Positions 38,851 through 51,932 of a stretch of DNA of 64,000 nt are shown one piece after another. A program made the position numbers and the translations under genes. The DNA lies in the NCBI RefSeq assembly GCF_963921235.1, contig NC_086098.1, positions 6,820,001 through 6,884,000 of the forward strand, written 5' to 3'. Below the pieces are notes generated by a model, which was not told the origin of the DNA, did no database searches, and worked only from the letters and a program-made list of their open reading frames with translations. Position 1 is the stretch's first letter. Each line of letters starts with the position of its first letter. The stretch is from Mobula hypostoma (lineage: Eukaryota).

Positions 38851-41761
38851 AGAGTGTTTTTATTATCAATCTCCAAGATGAGAATAAATATGTACTCATT
38901 GTTCTCAGAGAATCATCAGCCCTCACGGTTCCACCAAAATGTTGCTCATGGCATCAGTTCATGAGCATGGTTTGCTGAGATTTTTCATCATTTTTTTTTA
39001 ATGGAGTGTTTTTTTGCCGCTTTGGTCATACTTTACATTGGGTTGGTGGCAGGTTTCATCGTGTCTGCCCTGAGCTTGCTGGTGTTAGAAAGAGCGGAAG
39101 TGTTGACACCTTGAACAAAGGATGTGATGGCTTGATAGGAATGTACCCCGTCCTCATGAAGGGTCTTGACCCAAAATGTCAACTGTCCATTTACCTCTCA
39201 GATATTGAGTTCTTCCAGAATGATCCAGAACATCTTTCTTGCCTAATGTGATAAACATTTTCTCTTCTATCAGTAGCTTCTGAGAGCAGCTTTTGCATTG
39301 TGGAAATACTGACTGATTCAATTCACAAAGTTACTGCTTGTGTGTGTGTGTGTGTGTGTGTATGTGTGTGTGTGTGTTTATGCGCGAGTGTGTATGGGTG
39401 AATACAACACAGCAATACGTGCTGTGAGTCAGAATTGGGTTTATGATCACTGACAAATGTGAAATTTGTTGTTTTGCAGCAGCAGTGTATTGCAATATGT
39501 AAAAAGATCAGAATCAAGTTTAATATCCCTGGCACATATCTTAAAATATCTTTGTGGCAACAATACAATCCAATGCATAATAATAGAGGGAAAAAGTGAA
39601 TTCAGGTCAAAGATAATTTTTTTTCAAGTAGTGAGGTAGTGTTCATGGGTTTAATGCCTATTCAGAAATCATATGGCAGAGGGGAAGAAGACTATAATAC
39701 CATAAGACATAGGAGCAGAATTTTGCCATTCAGCCCATCGACCCTGCTCTGGCATTCAATTGTGGCTGATCCCGGATGCCAATCAGCCCGATACACCTGC
39801 CTTCTCCCCATATCCTTTGATGCCCTGACCAATCTGGAAACTATCAACTTCCACTTTAATATACACATGAACTTGGCCTCCACCGCAGCCTGTGGCAGAG
39901 CATTCCACAGATTTACCACTCTCTGGCTAAAAAAATTCCTCCTTACCTCTGTTCTAAAGGGTCACCCTTCAATTTTAAGGCTGTGCCCGCTAGTTCTCGA
40001 TAACCCCATCATAGGAAACAACCTCTCCACGTCCACCATATCCTTTCAACATTCAGTAGGTTTTAATGAGATCCCCCCTCATTCTTCTAAATTCCAGTGA
40101 GTACAGGCCCAAAGCTGCCAAATGCTGCTCATATGTTAACCCCTTCATTCCTGGAATCAACCTTGTGAACCTCCTCTGGACTCTCTCCAATGAATACACA
40201 GCCTTTCTGAGATATGGAGCACAAAACAGTTAACAATACATTTAGTGCAGCCTGCTAGTGCCTTATAAAGCCTCAGCATTATCTCCTTGCTCTTATATTC
40301 TATTCCCCTTGAAATAAATGCTAACATTGTATTTGTCTTCTTTACCACAGACTCAACCTGTAATTTAACTTTCTGGGACCCCTAACTCCCTGTGCACCTC
40401 TGATGTTTGAACCTTCTCCTCATGTAGAGAGTAGTTCGCACGATATCCTTTTACCAAAATGCATTATCATACATTTCCCAACACTGTATTCCGTTTGCAA
40501 CTTTTTTGCCCATTCTTTCAATTTGTCCAAGTCCTGATGCAATCACATTCCTTCCTCAGCGCTACCTACCCCTCCACCTATCTTCGTATCATCTACAAAC
40601 TTTACCACAAAGCCATCAGTTCCATTATTTAAATCATTGACAAGCAATGTGAAAAGTACTGGTCCCAATACTGACCCCTGAGGAACACCACTAGTCACCA
40701 GCAGCCAACCAGAAAAGGCCCCCTTTATCCCCACTTGCTACCTCCCACCTGTCAACCATTCCTCTATCCATGGCAGTATCTTTACTGTGACGCCATAGAA
40801 TTTTATCTTGTTAAGCAGCCTCTTGTGTGGCACCTTATCAAACACCTTTTGAAATTACAGGGAAACAACACCCACTGCCTCTCCTTTGTCCACGCTGCTT
40901 GTTACTTCCTTGAAGAACTCTAAACAGAGTTGTCAGGCAAGATTTCCCTTCACAGAAACCATGCTGACTTTGACATTTTATCATTAGTCTCCAAGTACCT
41001 TGAAACCTCATCTTTAATATTAGACTCCAACACTTTCCCCACAACTGAGGTTAGGATAACTGGCCTATAATTTCCTTTCTTTTGCCTTCCTCCCCTCTTA
41101 AAGAGTGGAGTGACATTTGCAATCTTTCAGTCCTCTGGGACCATGCCAGAATCAAGTGATTCTTGAAAGATCATGACCAATGCATCCATGATCTCTTCAA
41201 CAACCTCTCTCTGTATTTTTGGATGTAGTCCATCTGGTCCAGCTGACTTATCCACCTTCAGACCTTTGAGTTTACCTAGCACTTTTTCCTTTGTAATAGC
41301 AATGGCACTTATTGCTGCTGCCCTGACTCTCACAGACCTCTGGTACACTGCTAGTGTCTTCCACAGTGAAGACAGAAGCAAAGTACCCATTAAGTTCATT
41401 TGTCATTTCTTTGTCCCCCATTATTATCATTTTCCAGTGGTCCAATGTCAACTCTCACCTCCCTTTTACTCTATATAAATGAAAAAACTTTTGGTATCCT
41501 GCTTTATATTATTGGCTGATCTGCCCTCATATTTAATCTTTTCCTTTCTTATAGCTTTTATAGTTGCCTTTTGTTGGATTTTGAAAGTTTCCCAATCATT
41601 GAACTTCCCACTCACTTTTGCTACATTATATGCCCTTTCCTTGGCTTTTATGGAGTCCTTAACTTCCATCGTCAGCCATGGTTGCCTACCCCTGCCATTT
41701 GAAAACTTCTTCCTCTGTGAGACATATCTATCCTATGCCTTGTGAACCATTCCCAGAAACT

Positions 41762-43743
41762 TTATTGCAACTCTGATAAAGAAGAAGAGGGAGTTGTATG
41801 AAATGTATAGGAAACAGGGGGTAAATCAGGTGCTTGAGGAGTATAAGAAGTGCAAGAAAATATTTAAGAAAAAAATCAGGAGGGCAAAAAGAAGACATGA
41901 GGTTGCCTTGGCAGTCAAAGTGAAGGATAATCCAAAGAGCTTTTACAAGTATATTAAGAGCAAAAGGATTCTAAGGGATAAAATTGGTCCTCTTGAAGAT
42001 CAGAGTGGTCGGCTTTGTGCGGAACCAAAGGAAATGGGGGAGATCTTAAATAGGTTTTTTGCGTCTGTATTTACTAAGGAAGCTGGCATGAAATCTATGG
42101 AATTGAGGGAATCAAGTAGTGAGACCATGGCAACTGTACAGATTGAAAAGGAGGAGGTGCTTGCTGTCTTGAGGAAAATTAAAGTGGATAAATCCCCGGG
42201 ACCTGACAGGGTGTTCCCTCGGACCTTGAAGGAGACTAGTGTTGAAATTGCGGGGGGCCTGGCAGAAATATTTAAAATGTCGCTGCCTACGGGTGAAGTG
42301 CTGGAGGATTGGAGAGTGGCTCATGTTGTTCCGTTGTTTAAAAAAGGATGGAAAAGTAATCCGGGAAATTATAGGCTGGTGCATTTAATGTCAGTAGTAG
42401 GTAAATTATTGGAGGGAGTACTAAGAGACAGAATCTACAAGCATTTGGATAGACAGGGGCTTATTAGGGAGAGTCAACAAGGCTTTGTGCGTGGTAGGTC
42501 ATGTTTGACCAATCTGTTGGAGTTTTTCGAGGAGGTTACCAGGAAAGTGGATGAAGGGAAGGCAGTGGATATTGTCTACATGGATTTCAGTAAGGCCTTT
42601 GACAAGGTTCCGCATGGGAGGTTAGTTAGGAAAATTCAGTCGCTAGGTATACATGGAGAGGTGGTAAATTGGATTGGACCTTGGCTCGATGGAAGAAGCC
42701 AGAGAGTGGTGGTAGAAAATTGCTTCTCTGAGTGGAGGCCTGTGACTAGTGGTGTGCCACAGGGATCAGTGCTGGGTCCATTGTTATTTGTCATCTATAT
42801 CAATGATCTGGATGATAATGTGGTAAATTAGATCAGCAAGTTTGCTGATGATACAAAGATTGGAGGTGTAGTAGACAGTGAGGAAGGTTTTCAGAGCCTG
42901 CAGAGGGACTTGGACCAGCTGGAAAAATGGGCTGAAAAATGGCAGATGGAGTTTAATACTGACAAGTTGGAAGGACAAACCAATGTAGAACATACAGGGT
43001 TAATGGTAAGGCACTGAGGAGTGCAGTGGAACAGAGGGATCTGGGAATACAGATACAAAATCCCCTAAAAATGTCGTCACAGGTAGACAGGGTCGTAAAG
43101 AGAGCTTTTGGTACATTGGCCTTTATTAATCGAAGTATTGAGTATAAGAGCTGAAATGTTATGATGAGGTTGTATAAGGCATTGGCGAGGCCGAATCTGG
43201 AGTATTGTGTTCAGTTTTGGTCACCAAATTACAGGAAGGATATAAATAAGGTTGAAAGAGTGCAGAGAAGGTTTACAAGGATGTTGCCGGGACTTGCGAA
43301 ACTCAGTTACAGAGAAAGGTTGAATAGGTTAGGACTTTATTCCCTGGAGCGTTGAAGAATGAGGGGAGATTTGATAGAGGTATATAAAATTATGGTGGGT
43401 ATAGATAGAGTGAATGCAAGCAGGCTTTTTCCACTGAGACAAGGGGAGAAAAAAACCAGAGGACATGGGTTAAGGGTGAGGAGGGAAAAGTTTAAAGGGA
43501 ACATTAGTGGGGACTTCGTCACACAGAGAGTGGTGGGAGTATGGAATGAGCTGCCAGACGAGGTGGTAAATGCGGGTTCTTTTTTAACATTTAAGAATAA
43601 ATTGGACAGATACATGGATGGGAGGTGTATGGAGGGATATGGTCCGTGTGCAGGTCAGTGGGACTAGGCAGAAAATGGTTCGGCACAGCCAAGAAGGACC
43701 AAAAGGCCTGTTTCTGTGCTGTAGTTTCTGTGGTTCTATGGTT
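41762..43743 (+). mobile_element. Younger 5'-truncated CR1 LINE nested antisense in the above
   Basis: 345-aa open RT stretch 41794-42831 ([41 protein letters not shown]) then stop before ISKFADDTK; (TTCTATGG) tail; host sequence resumes at 43744. Confidence 0.95.
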
Positions 43744-44739
43744 TTAGCTATTTTTGCTCCGCTGTCATCCCCACCAGTATCCTCCTCCAATCTACCTAGG
43801 CAAGCTCTTCTCTCATGCCTCTGTAATTCCCTTCATTCCATTGCAATACTGATACATGTGACTTATGCTTCTCCCTCTCAAATTGCGGTATGAATTCAAT
43901 CATATTATGATCACTGCCTCGGAAGCATTCCATTACGTTAAGCTCCTTAATAAGATCTTGGTTATTACACAACACCCAATCTAAGATAGCCTTTCCCTGA
44001 GTAGCTCAAGCACAAGCTGCTCTAAAAAGCCATCTCGTAGGCATTCAACGAATTCCCTCTGTTGCGAATCGACACCAACCTGATTTCTCCAATGCCCTTG
44101 CACATTGAAGTTCTCTATTACAATTGTGATATTACCCTTATTCCATGCCTTTTCCAGCTCCCTTTGCAATCTCAACCCCACATCTTGATACTATTTGGAG
44201 TCCTAGATATGATTCACATAATGCTTTTTTTTCACCCTCGCAGTTTCTTAACTCCACCCACGATGATTCAACATCCTCTGACCCTATGTCACCTCTTTCT
44301 AAAGATGTAATTCCATCTCTTACCAACAGAGCCACACCACAGTCTATGTCTTCCTGCCTGTCTTTTCAATACGAAGTATATCCTTTGATATTAAGCTCCC
44401 AGCTGTGACCTTCTTTCAGCCATGATTGTGATGCCCACAACATCATACCGACCAATCTCTAATTGCACCACAAATTTCTCCACCTTAGTCTGAATGCTGC
44501 ACACATTTAAGTACAGCACCTTCAATCCTACATTCTTCGTCCTTTTGAATGTTGTCTCTGTGGTACAGCTTAACTCTTTGGTCTGTGTCCATTTGTACCC
44601 AATCATTAGCCTGTCCTTCCTTACATTCATGTTACACCCATCACCTACCTGTAAACCTGCTGGCTCATCCTCAGCTCTATCATACTTCTTTCCATACCCC
44701 TGCCATATCAGTTTAAGCCCCTCCCAACAGCTCTAACAA

Positions 44740-45610
44740 ACCTGTTCATAAGGATATCAGTCCCACTCGGATTCAAGTGCAACCTGTCCGTTTTGCACAG
44801 GTTCCACCTGCCCCAGGGGAGGTCCCAGTGACCCAGAAATCTGAATCCCTATCCCCATGCTCCAATTCTTCAGCCATGCATTTATCTGCCATCTCATTCT
44901 GTTCCTATCCTCACTGTCCCGAGATTGCAACCCTTGAGGTCCTGCTTCTCAGCTTCCTTCCTAACTCCCTGTATTCTTTTTCAGGGCCTCCACCCTTTTT
45001 CTACCTATGTCGTTGGTACCAATATGTACCACGATTTCTGGCTGCTCACCCTCCCTTTTCAGGATATTGTAGATGCGTCCAGGAACACCTTGGACCCTGG
45101 CAGCTGGGAGGCAAACTTCAATCTGCTTATTTTTTTGTGTCCACAGAATCACCTGTCTGTCCCCTGACTATAGTGTCCCCTATTACTGCTGACATCCTCT
45201 TTAGTTCCCTACCCTTCTGAGCCACAGTGCCAGAGGCACGGCCCCTGTTGTTTCCCCCAGGTAGGTTATCCCCCCCCCCAACAGTACTCAAAATGGAGTA
45301 CTTATTGGTGAGGGGGACGGCCACAGGGGTGCTCTCCATACCTGATGCCCTCCCTCCCTCTCCTGACAGTCAACCATTTATCTGTCTCCTGTAGCCTCGG
45401 GGTGACTACCTCCCTGTAGCTCCTGTCTATCAGTGCCTCACTCTCCCTAACAAGCCGAAGGTCATCAAGCTGCAGCTCCAGTTCCCTAACACAGTCTCTA
45501 AGGAGCTGCATCTCGATGCACCTGGTGCAGATGTTGCCATCGGGGAGGCTGGGAGTCTCCCGGAAATCCCACACTTGACACACAGAGCAGAACACTGGCT
45601 CTGTAGACAT
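44740..45610 (-). pseudogene. CR1 ORF1 remnant: zinc finger/leucine zipper plus SGNH esterase
   Basis: CSVCQVW..CTRC..LRDCVRELELQLDDL; VIGDTIVRG; CLPAARV; IVVHIGTNDIG. Confidence 0.85.
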
Positions 45611-46299
45611 CCCTCATTCTCTCTAGAGTTAAGTAAGAAATAAGGAATGAACTTACCTCATGTCCGTCTGTTCTTGCCAAAGCTCCGTTGAGCTAAAGCT
45701 TTACTACTTGTGAGTCAAGACTACTCCTATGATGACCACTCTGCTAGGTGGTTCCTCTGTTTCATGGAGACTGGGTTTTTAAAGGTCTTTGTCGGAACAC
45801 TCTTGTTGTGTCTGCACAGTACTCCAATCAAAGACTGCCGTCAAAAAACTTGCTGCTTTTTCAAGCTCTTCGTTGGGCCTGCGCGGGAACGCTCCTGTTG
45901 CATCTGCACGAACCTCCAATCAACTTGAGTGTGTGCTTTCAATTTCTGTACCTCCTTCGGTTGTTTTCCATCTGGAGCAGTTGGGAATGTCTGATTGTAG
46001 CAGTGAGAGATTAAAAATATCTTTGAGCACTCCAGCAGTTGGTTAGCACAGATTTTCAGAGCCTTACAATGTACTCCATCAGAGCTTGTAGCCTTGTGAG
46101 GGTTCACCCTTTGTAAGACAGGAGATCAGTGGAGATGGTTTTCAAGGTCATGAGACTTGGAGGAGATCAGAAAACCAGGTCAGGCATGATCATCGAGATG
46201 TTTAACGGGAGTATCAAGGACACTCGTAGCTTTCTGATACAGAAAAGCAGCAACACAAGCTTGGGAGAATAGAAATGTGGTGAGGGACACCCCATCCTC

Positions 46300-46825
46300 T
46301 GCACTGTGTGCAGGCAATGGACTGTGAGCAGTTTTGGGCTGCTTATCTCTGAAAAGGTGTGCTGACATTAGGGAGGGTCCACAGGAGGTTCACAAGAATG
46401 ACTTTGGGCATGAAAGGATTAACGTATGAGGAGCATTTGATGGCTCTGGGCTTGTGCTTACTGGAGTTTCGAAGAAGAAGGATTTCTTTGAAACCTATTA
46501 AATGACCTTCAAAAATCCTAGATAGCGTGAATGTGTAGAGGACGTTTCCTGTAGTTGGGGAGTCTATGACAGAGATGAGGAGAATTATTTCACCAGAGGG
46601 AGGTGAATCTGTGGAGTTCATTACTGCACATGGCTGTGGAGTCTAAGTCATTGGGTATAACTAAGGTGGGGGTTGATAGGTTCTTGATTAGTCAGCGCAT
46701 CAAAGGTTACAGGGAAAAGGCAGGAGAATGGGGTTGAGGAAAAAATAAATCAGCCATGGTAGAATGGAAGAGCAGACTCAATGGGCTGAATGGCCTAATT
46801 CTGCTCCTGTGTCTTATGGTTTCAT
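46300..46825 (+). mobile_element. CR1 LINE 3' fragment
   Basis: GAGGGTCCACAGGAGGTTCACAAGAATG...GGCCTAATTCTGCTCCTGTGTCTTATGG. Confidence 0.78.
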
Positions 46826-47289
46826 GATTATATGGATAGTGAGTTAGAAGTTCAGTTCAAGGTCAAGAACAGCATTTGATGTTTGAACCTTGGGGTTAAG
46901 TAGTCTGGGATAGTGGCCTGCAAGAGCATTTCCTTATCATTCTCATGACATTAATTATATCAGTACAGTGACAAATTCAATTATTTAAACAGACAGATAG
47001 GCTGATGAATTCGGACATTAATAAATTGATTTTTCTTTGCCATTGGTTGCCATTTAAACAAAATATTGAATTAAAAATCTGAAGTGCTCTTTGTTACGTA
47101 TGTGTGGAGCAGCGGTAACAGTGGAGCCGTAGGAATGAACGTTTCTATTGAGCCGTGTTAGTCATGGTATATGTGACGCAACTTACAGTGTGTGCGAACA
47201 ACGAACTGGGCCTGCCAAGACGAAACGTGTGCTTGAAACCCCATGAGAAAAGAGACTGCCTTCCGTGTCAGTTCACTGTATGGTCAGTT

Positions 47290-47570
47290 GGGGCACCACG
47301 GTAGTGTAGCAGTTAGTGCGACGTTATTACAGCTCGGGGCGTCTAAGAGTTCAGAGTTCAATCCTGGTGTCCTCCGTAAGACGTTTGTCCGTCTTCCCAT
47401 GAGCCTGTGGGTTTCCTCCGGGAGCTTCGATTTCCTCCCACAGTCCAAAGATGTACTTGTAAGTAGGATAATTGGTCATTGTAAGTGGGCCTTTGATTAG
47501 GCTAGGAGGGCTGCCAGGCCATGCGGCTCTTTGGGCTGGAATGACCTGTTCTGCACTGTATCTCCAAATG
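47290..47570 (+). mobile_element. V-SINE
   Basis: GAGTTCAATCC B box; GTGGGTTTCCTCCGGGAGCTTCGATTTCCTCCCACAGTCCAAAGATGTAC. Confidence 0.8.
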
Positions 47571-48359
47571 ACTTGCCACATCGTCTTGACCTTTGCAGGT
47601 TAACCTTCACTGGCCATTTCCGCCATCAACAAACATTGTCAAAATACTTCTGTGCCCGAGCATCGGCTCTCCTGGCACTCAGTTGTCTTTAATCAGCTGT
47701 AGCCACTGTGCTTGTTTGCTTTGTAATGTGGTCTGGTTTGGAATTTGTTGGTAAACCCAGTCGTTTCCCTCCCTATAATTACCATTCCAGTTGGAGTTGC
47801 TTGGTTTCGAGTAGATGTTTTTTATAATTCGTGATTGATTTGTCTGTTTAAAATCTCCCATGGAATGCAGTATGGCCATGTGATAGATAGTTTTTCTGGT
47901 CATTAGTCCTTCAGATTTAGATCCATTTTTCACGTGTACTTTGAAACATAGAGTGAAGTATGTAATTTGTGCCAATAGCCACCACACCCAAGAATGTGTT
48001 GGAGGCAGCCCACAATATTGCCAGCGTAGCATACCTACAATGCTTGGCAGAACAGCACAAAACACAACAAGCATCTATACAACAGCTGCAAAATAAACCC
48101 CATTCCTCCTCCCATACACACGGACAGACCTCCCAACTCCAGGACAGGGCTCCGGCCTCCATTCTCCAGTATCCAGGTTTCAGTAATCAGACTTCAATTT
48201 CCAAACTTCTGATTGATCCTTGGGCTCAGAACTTTGACATCAGCTGCTGGTGTAGCCAATGATGGGACCTGTTTCCGTCGCTGTTCATGATCCAAACTGA
48301 AGGTGTGTGGCCCTTGGACCATTCAATTCCCTGAATTCTATTTCAGGAACATAATACAC

Positions 48360-48725
48360 TCATCATCATCGTGTGGGCAATCGTGGTGACCATGATTGTT
48401 TTTGGCAATGTTTCTCCACAGAAGTGGTTTGCCATTGCCTTCTTCTGGGCGGTGTCTTTACAAGATGGGTGACCCCAGCCATTATCAATACTCTTCAGAG
48501 ATTGTCTGCCTGGTATCAGTGGTCACATAACCAGGACTTGTGATATGCACCAGCTGCTCATACAACCATTCAACCATCCAACACCTGCTCCCATGGCTTC
48601 ACGTGACCCTGATTTTGGGGGGGGGGGGGCTAAGCAGGTGCTACACCTTGCGCAAGGGTGGCCTACAGGCTAGCGGAGGGAAGGAGCACCTTTGGCTGAG
48701 ATGTATCTCCACACTGCCACCCAAC
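48360..48725 (-). mobile_element. SINE-like repeat with RTE-type 3' end and (TGA)n tail
   Basis: CATCATCATCGTG tail; GAAGTGGTTTGCCATTGCCTTCTTC; collinear with 24760-25095. Confidence 0.75.
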
Positions 48726-51647
48726 TCCAATACATTAATACATTGTATACCTCAGACTCCACAATTCCCAATGTAACTTCCCGTATCCAGCCTGTCAGTG
48801 TTTAGTCTGATCTTTAGGAATAATCACAAGTATTCCTACATCAACAGCTTGCTCTCCATATTGTATTGCCCTGGCTTGTGTATCGAACGTAGACAGTTAG
48901 AACGCAACATCCACAGCCGATCCCAATGAACTGAGGGCCTCTTCACATCCTGGGAGCTGGAGATAGCATTGTGATAGCTCATGGACTGCCAACCATTTCC
49001 AGATTTTTAGCATTCTTAAACCTCAGTTTTGCATCGTGAATATTGTGGTGGGGTAAGGCTTGCTTTTCGATAATTCACTCAAATGGTGTTGACTATCAAT
49101 GGAAGATCCAACGGACTGGCAACATCTTTGTCTCAGCATTGAAAGAATTGATCATAGAATATAGAAAACAATCAGAAATAAAGATCTTTGTGCTGCAACT
49201 CTCACAGTACTAGATAATGTATTTTTATTACATGGTCTTTAAAACCCAGTTCAAAACAGTGGGGATATTAATCCCTTCTGTGCTGGAATCGACAGAACTC
49301 CCAACAGTCTCAGTATTTCCCACAGAGCTTTCTCCAACTTGTTGGTCCAAAGCTTTTGGAAGCCTCTGAAGGCTAGCTTGATGTAACACATACAAAATGC
49401 TGGGGGAAGATTGTCCTTATGAAGGGTCTCAGCCTGAAACATCGACAGTTTATTCCTCTCCATGGATACTGTCTGACCTGCTGAGTTCCCCCACTCTTTT
49501 GTGTGTGTTACTCTGGCTTTCCAGCATCTGCAGAATCTCCTGTGTCTATAAAGCTAGTTTGATATAGTCTATAATCCCAGCAGTAGCAAATTGTATTCTT
49601 GAATTGCTTTATTTTTCATTTACATTGTAGAAAATAATGACTTCCTTCAAAGTGATCAAGTACGGCATTGTAAAACGATCTGAGAAAGGTCCCACTAATG
49701 ATAATATTCCACTCAGTGACTAATTCGCAGCTGACTACATTTCAGCTATGTGTTCCAGTCAATTTAAAAAGACTTTATTCAGCAAATTAAAAACAAATAT
49801 CAGATTCAGATTCACTACCACTGACTGACATAGAACATAGATCAGTACAGCACACAGGATCAGGCCATTCGGCCACAATGTTGTGCCAAGTCCATTACAT
49901 TAGTCACCAAGTAGCCAACTGAACAAATCCCCACTGCCTACACAATGTCCATATCCTTCCAGCTTCCTCACATTCTCTTAAATGTCTCTAATGTATCTGC
50001 CCCTACCGCCACGCCCAGTAGTGCATTCCACACATCCATATCCTCCCATTTTCCTCACCTTCATATGTCTGTCTAAACCAGGGATTCTCAACCTTTTTTA
50101 CAACATGGACCCCTACAAATAACACAGGGGCCCCCTGAATTCTAAACATCTCGTAGAAGTCCCTGATATATCTGCCTGAAGCACCACCCCAGGCACCCAC
50201 CACTCTCTGTGTAAAAAAAAAATTTGCCTCTCACACCTCCTTCGAAGTTACCCCCTCTCACCTTTAATGCACACTTGCTGCTGTTAGACATACTATATAA
50301 CATGAAACTTGGGGCAGCAATACAGTCTAAATATACAGCAATATAAAGAGTACAAAGAAAAAAAGGGTTAGATTAGATCAGCTGTATTTGTCACAATGTA
50401 CTTCAAAACATTGAGTGAAATGCATCAGCGGCCTCACAGTTCAGAGGTGTGCTGGGAACAGCCCACAAGTGGCACCAACATGGCGACCCAAACCTGTGCA
50501 CGTTTAGAATGTGGGAGGATCTCAGAGCACCGGGAGGAAACTCACACAATCACGGGGAGAACGTACAAACTCCTTATAGGCAGTGGCGGGAACAGAACCC
50601 CAATGTTGATTGCGGGTGCTGTAAAGCATTATGCTAAACACTACCCCACCATGTTACCTTGTCCTGTGACTGGATATAGGTTCCACCCCATAGAAACCGA
50701 TCGGTGATCACTGGGACTGTCAAGCGATTGCACGAACCACTACACCACTGTGAAGCCCATAATTTCACTGCATTACTTAGCTGACTGGCAAGAAGCTGTC
50801 TGGTAATAATTGTATTTTACCTGACTGTGATGTGTTTTCAGCATGTGTTTGATTCTGTCACGTCAGATTTATTATTCAGGTTGATTGTACGTTGCCCCGT
50901 GATTTGGCTAGAATTAAATCTGGGGATTGCTGTGTGATGCAGCTCAAAGGCCTGCAAGGGCTTATTCCGTGTGGCATCCCAATAACTAAATATATAAACA
51001 ATCCTCTGTAGCTAAAACATAGAACACAGAGCATTAGAGCTGTATACAGGCTCTTCAGCCCATGATGTTATGCCAACTTTTTATCCTACTCTAAGATCAA
51101 TCTAAGCATTCCCTCCATTTTTCTATTATCCATGTGTCTATCTATTTGTTCCTAATGTAGCTGTCTCTACTACCACCCCGGCAGGGTGTTCCACACATCC
51201 ATCACTCTCTGTGTAAAACAACTGACCCCCAACCTCCATTCCCCCCCCCATACTTTCCTCCTATCGTTAAAAATTATGCCCCCTCATATTAGCCATTTCT
51301 GCTCTGGGAAAATATCCCAAGCTGTCCACCCTATCTCAATCTTGGGAGATGATTGAAGGATCTCTGCCCTGACAGAGGGAACGGAGCCACATGCGCTGGC
51401 GCTGTTACGCTAATCAGTGCACTGCCATAACGGTTCATGGGCTGATCAGAAATATGATGGCTGTTCATGAATCATTGAGTGTGGGTCTTCAGGCTCCTGT
51501 CCCTCCTCCCTGATGTCAGCTGTGAGAAGAGGGCATGTTCCAGATGGTGAGGTTGCTGACTGATGGATGACACATCCCTGAAGCATTCCTCTTGACGTCC
51601 TTGATGGGAGGGGAGGCCTGTGCCCATCGGCACTATTTTTTTTGCAC

Positions 51648-51905
51648 TAGCGTAGTGGGTACTGAAACCCTTTACAGTACCAGCGACCTGGGTTCAATTC
51701 CCACCACTGCCTGTGACGAGTTTCTACGTCCTCCCTCTGACTGTGTGGGTTTCCTCTGGATGCTCCGGTTTCCTCCCACAGTATCGGCTGGTAGGTTAAT
51801 TGCTCATTGTAAATTGCCCCGTGATTAGGCTAGGAGTAAATCGGGGGATTGCTGGGCAGTGTGTCTCGAAGGGCTGGAAAGGCCTGTTCTGAGCTGTATC
51901 TCGAT
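51648..51905 (+). mobile_element. V-SINE
   Basis: GACCTGGGTTCAATTCCCACC; GTGGGTTTCCTCTGGATGCTCCGGTTTCCTCCCACA. Confidence 0.8.
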
Positions 51906-51932
51906 ACTTCTAACTGTAATTTCAGCTTTTAT

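Larger units (their letters stand above)
39690..45710 (-). mobile_element. Near full-length degenerate CR1 LINE (ORF1 + ORF2), interrupted at ~41761
   Basis: ORF1 at 44740-45610; APE remnants [54 protein letters not shown]; 3' tail TCTTATGGTATTATAGT at ~39690. Confidence 0.92.

Noticed and set aside
41794..42831. Functional reverse transcriptase gene
   Set aside because: 5'-truncated, has a stop just before FADD, and further stops and frameshifts downstream.
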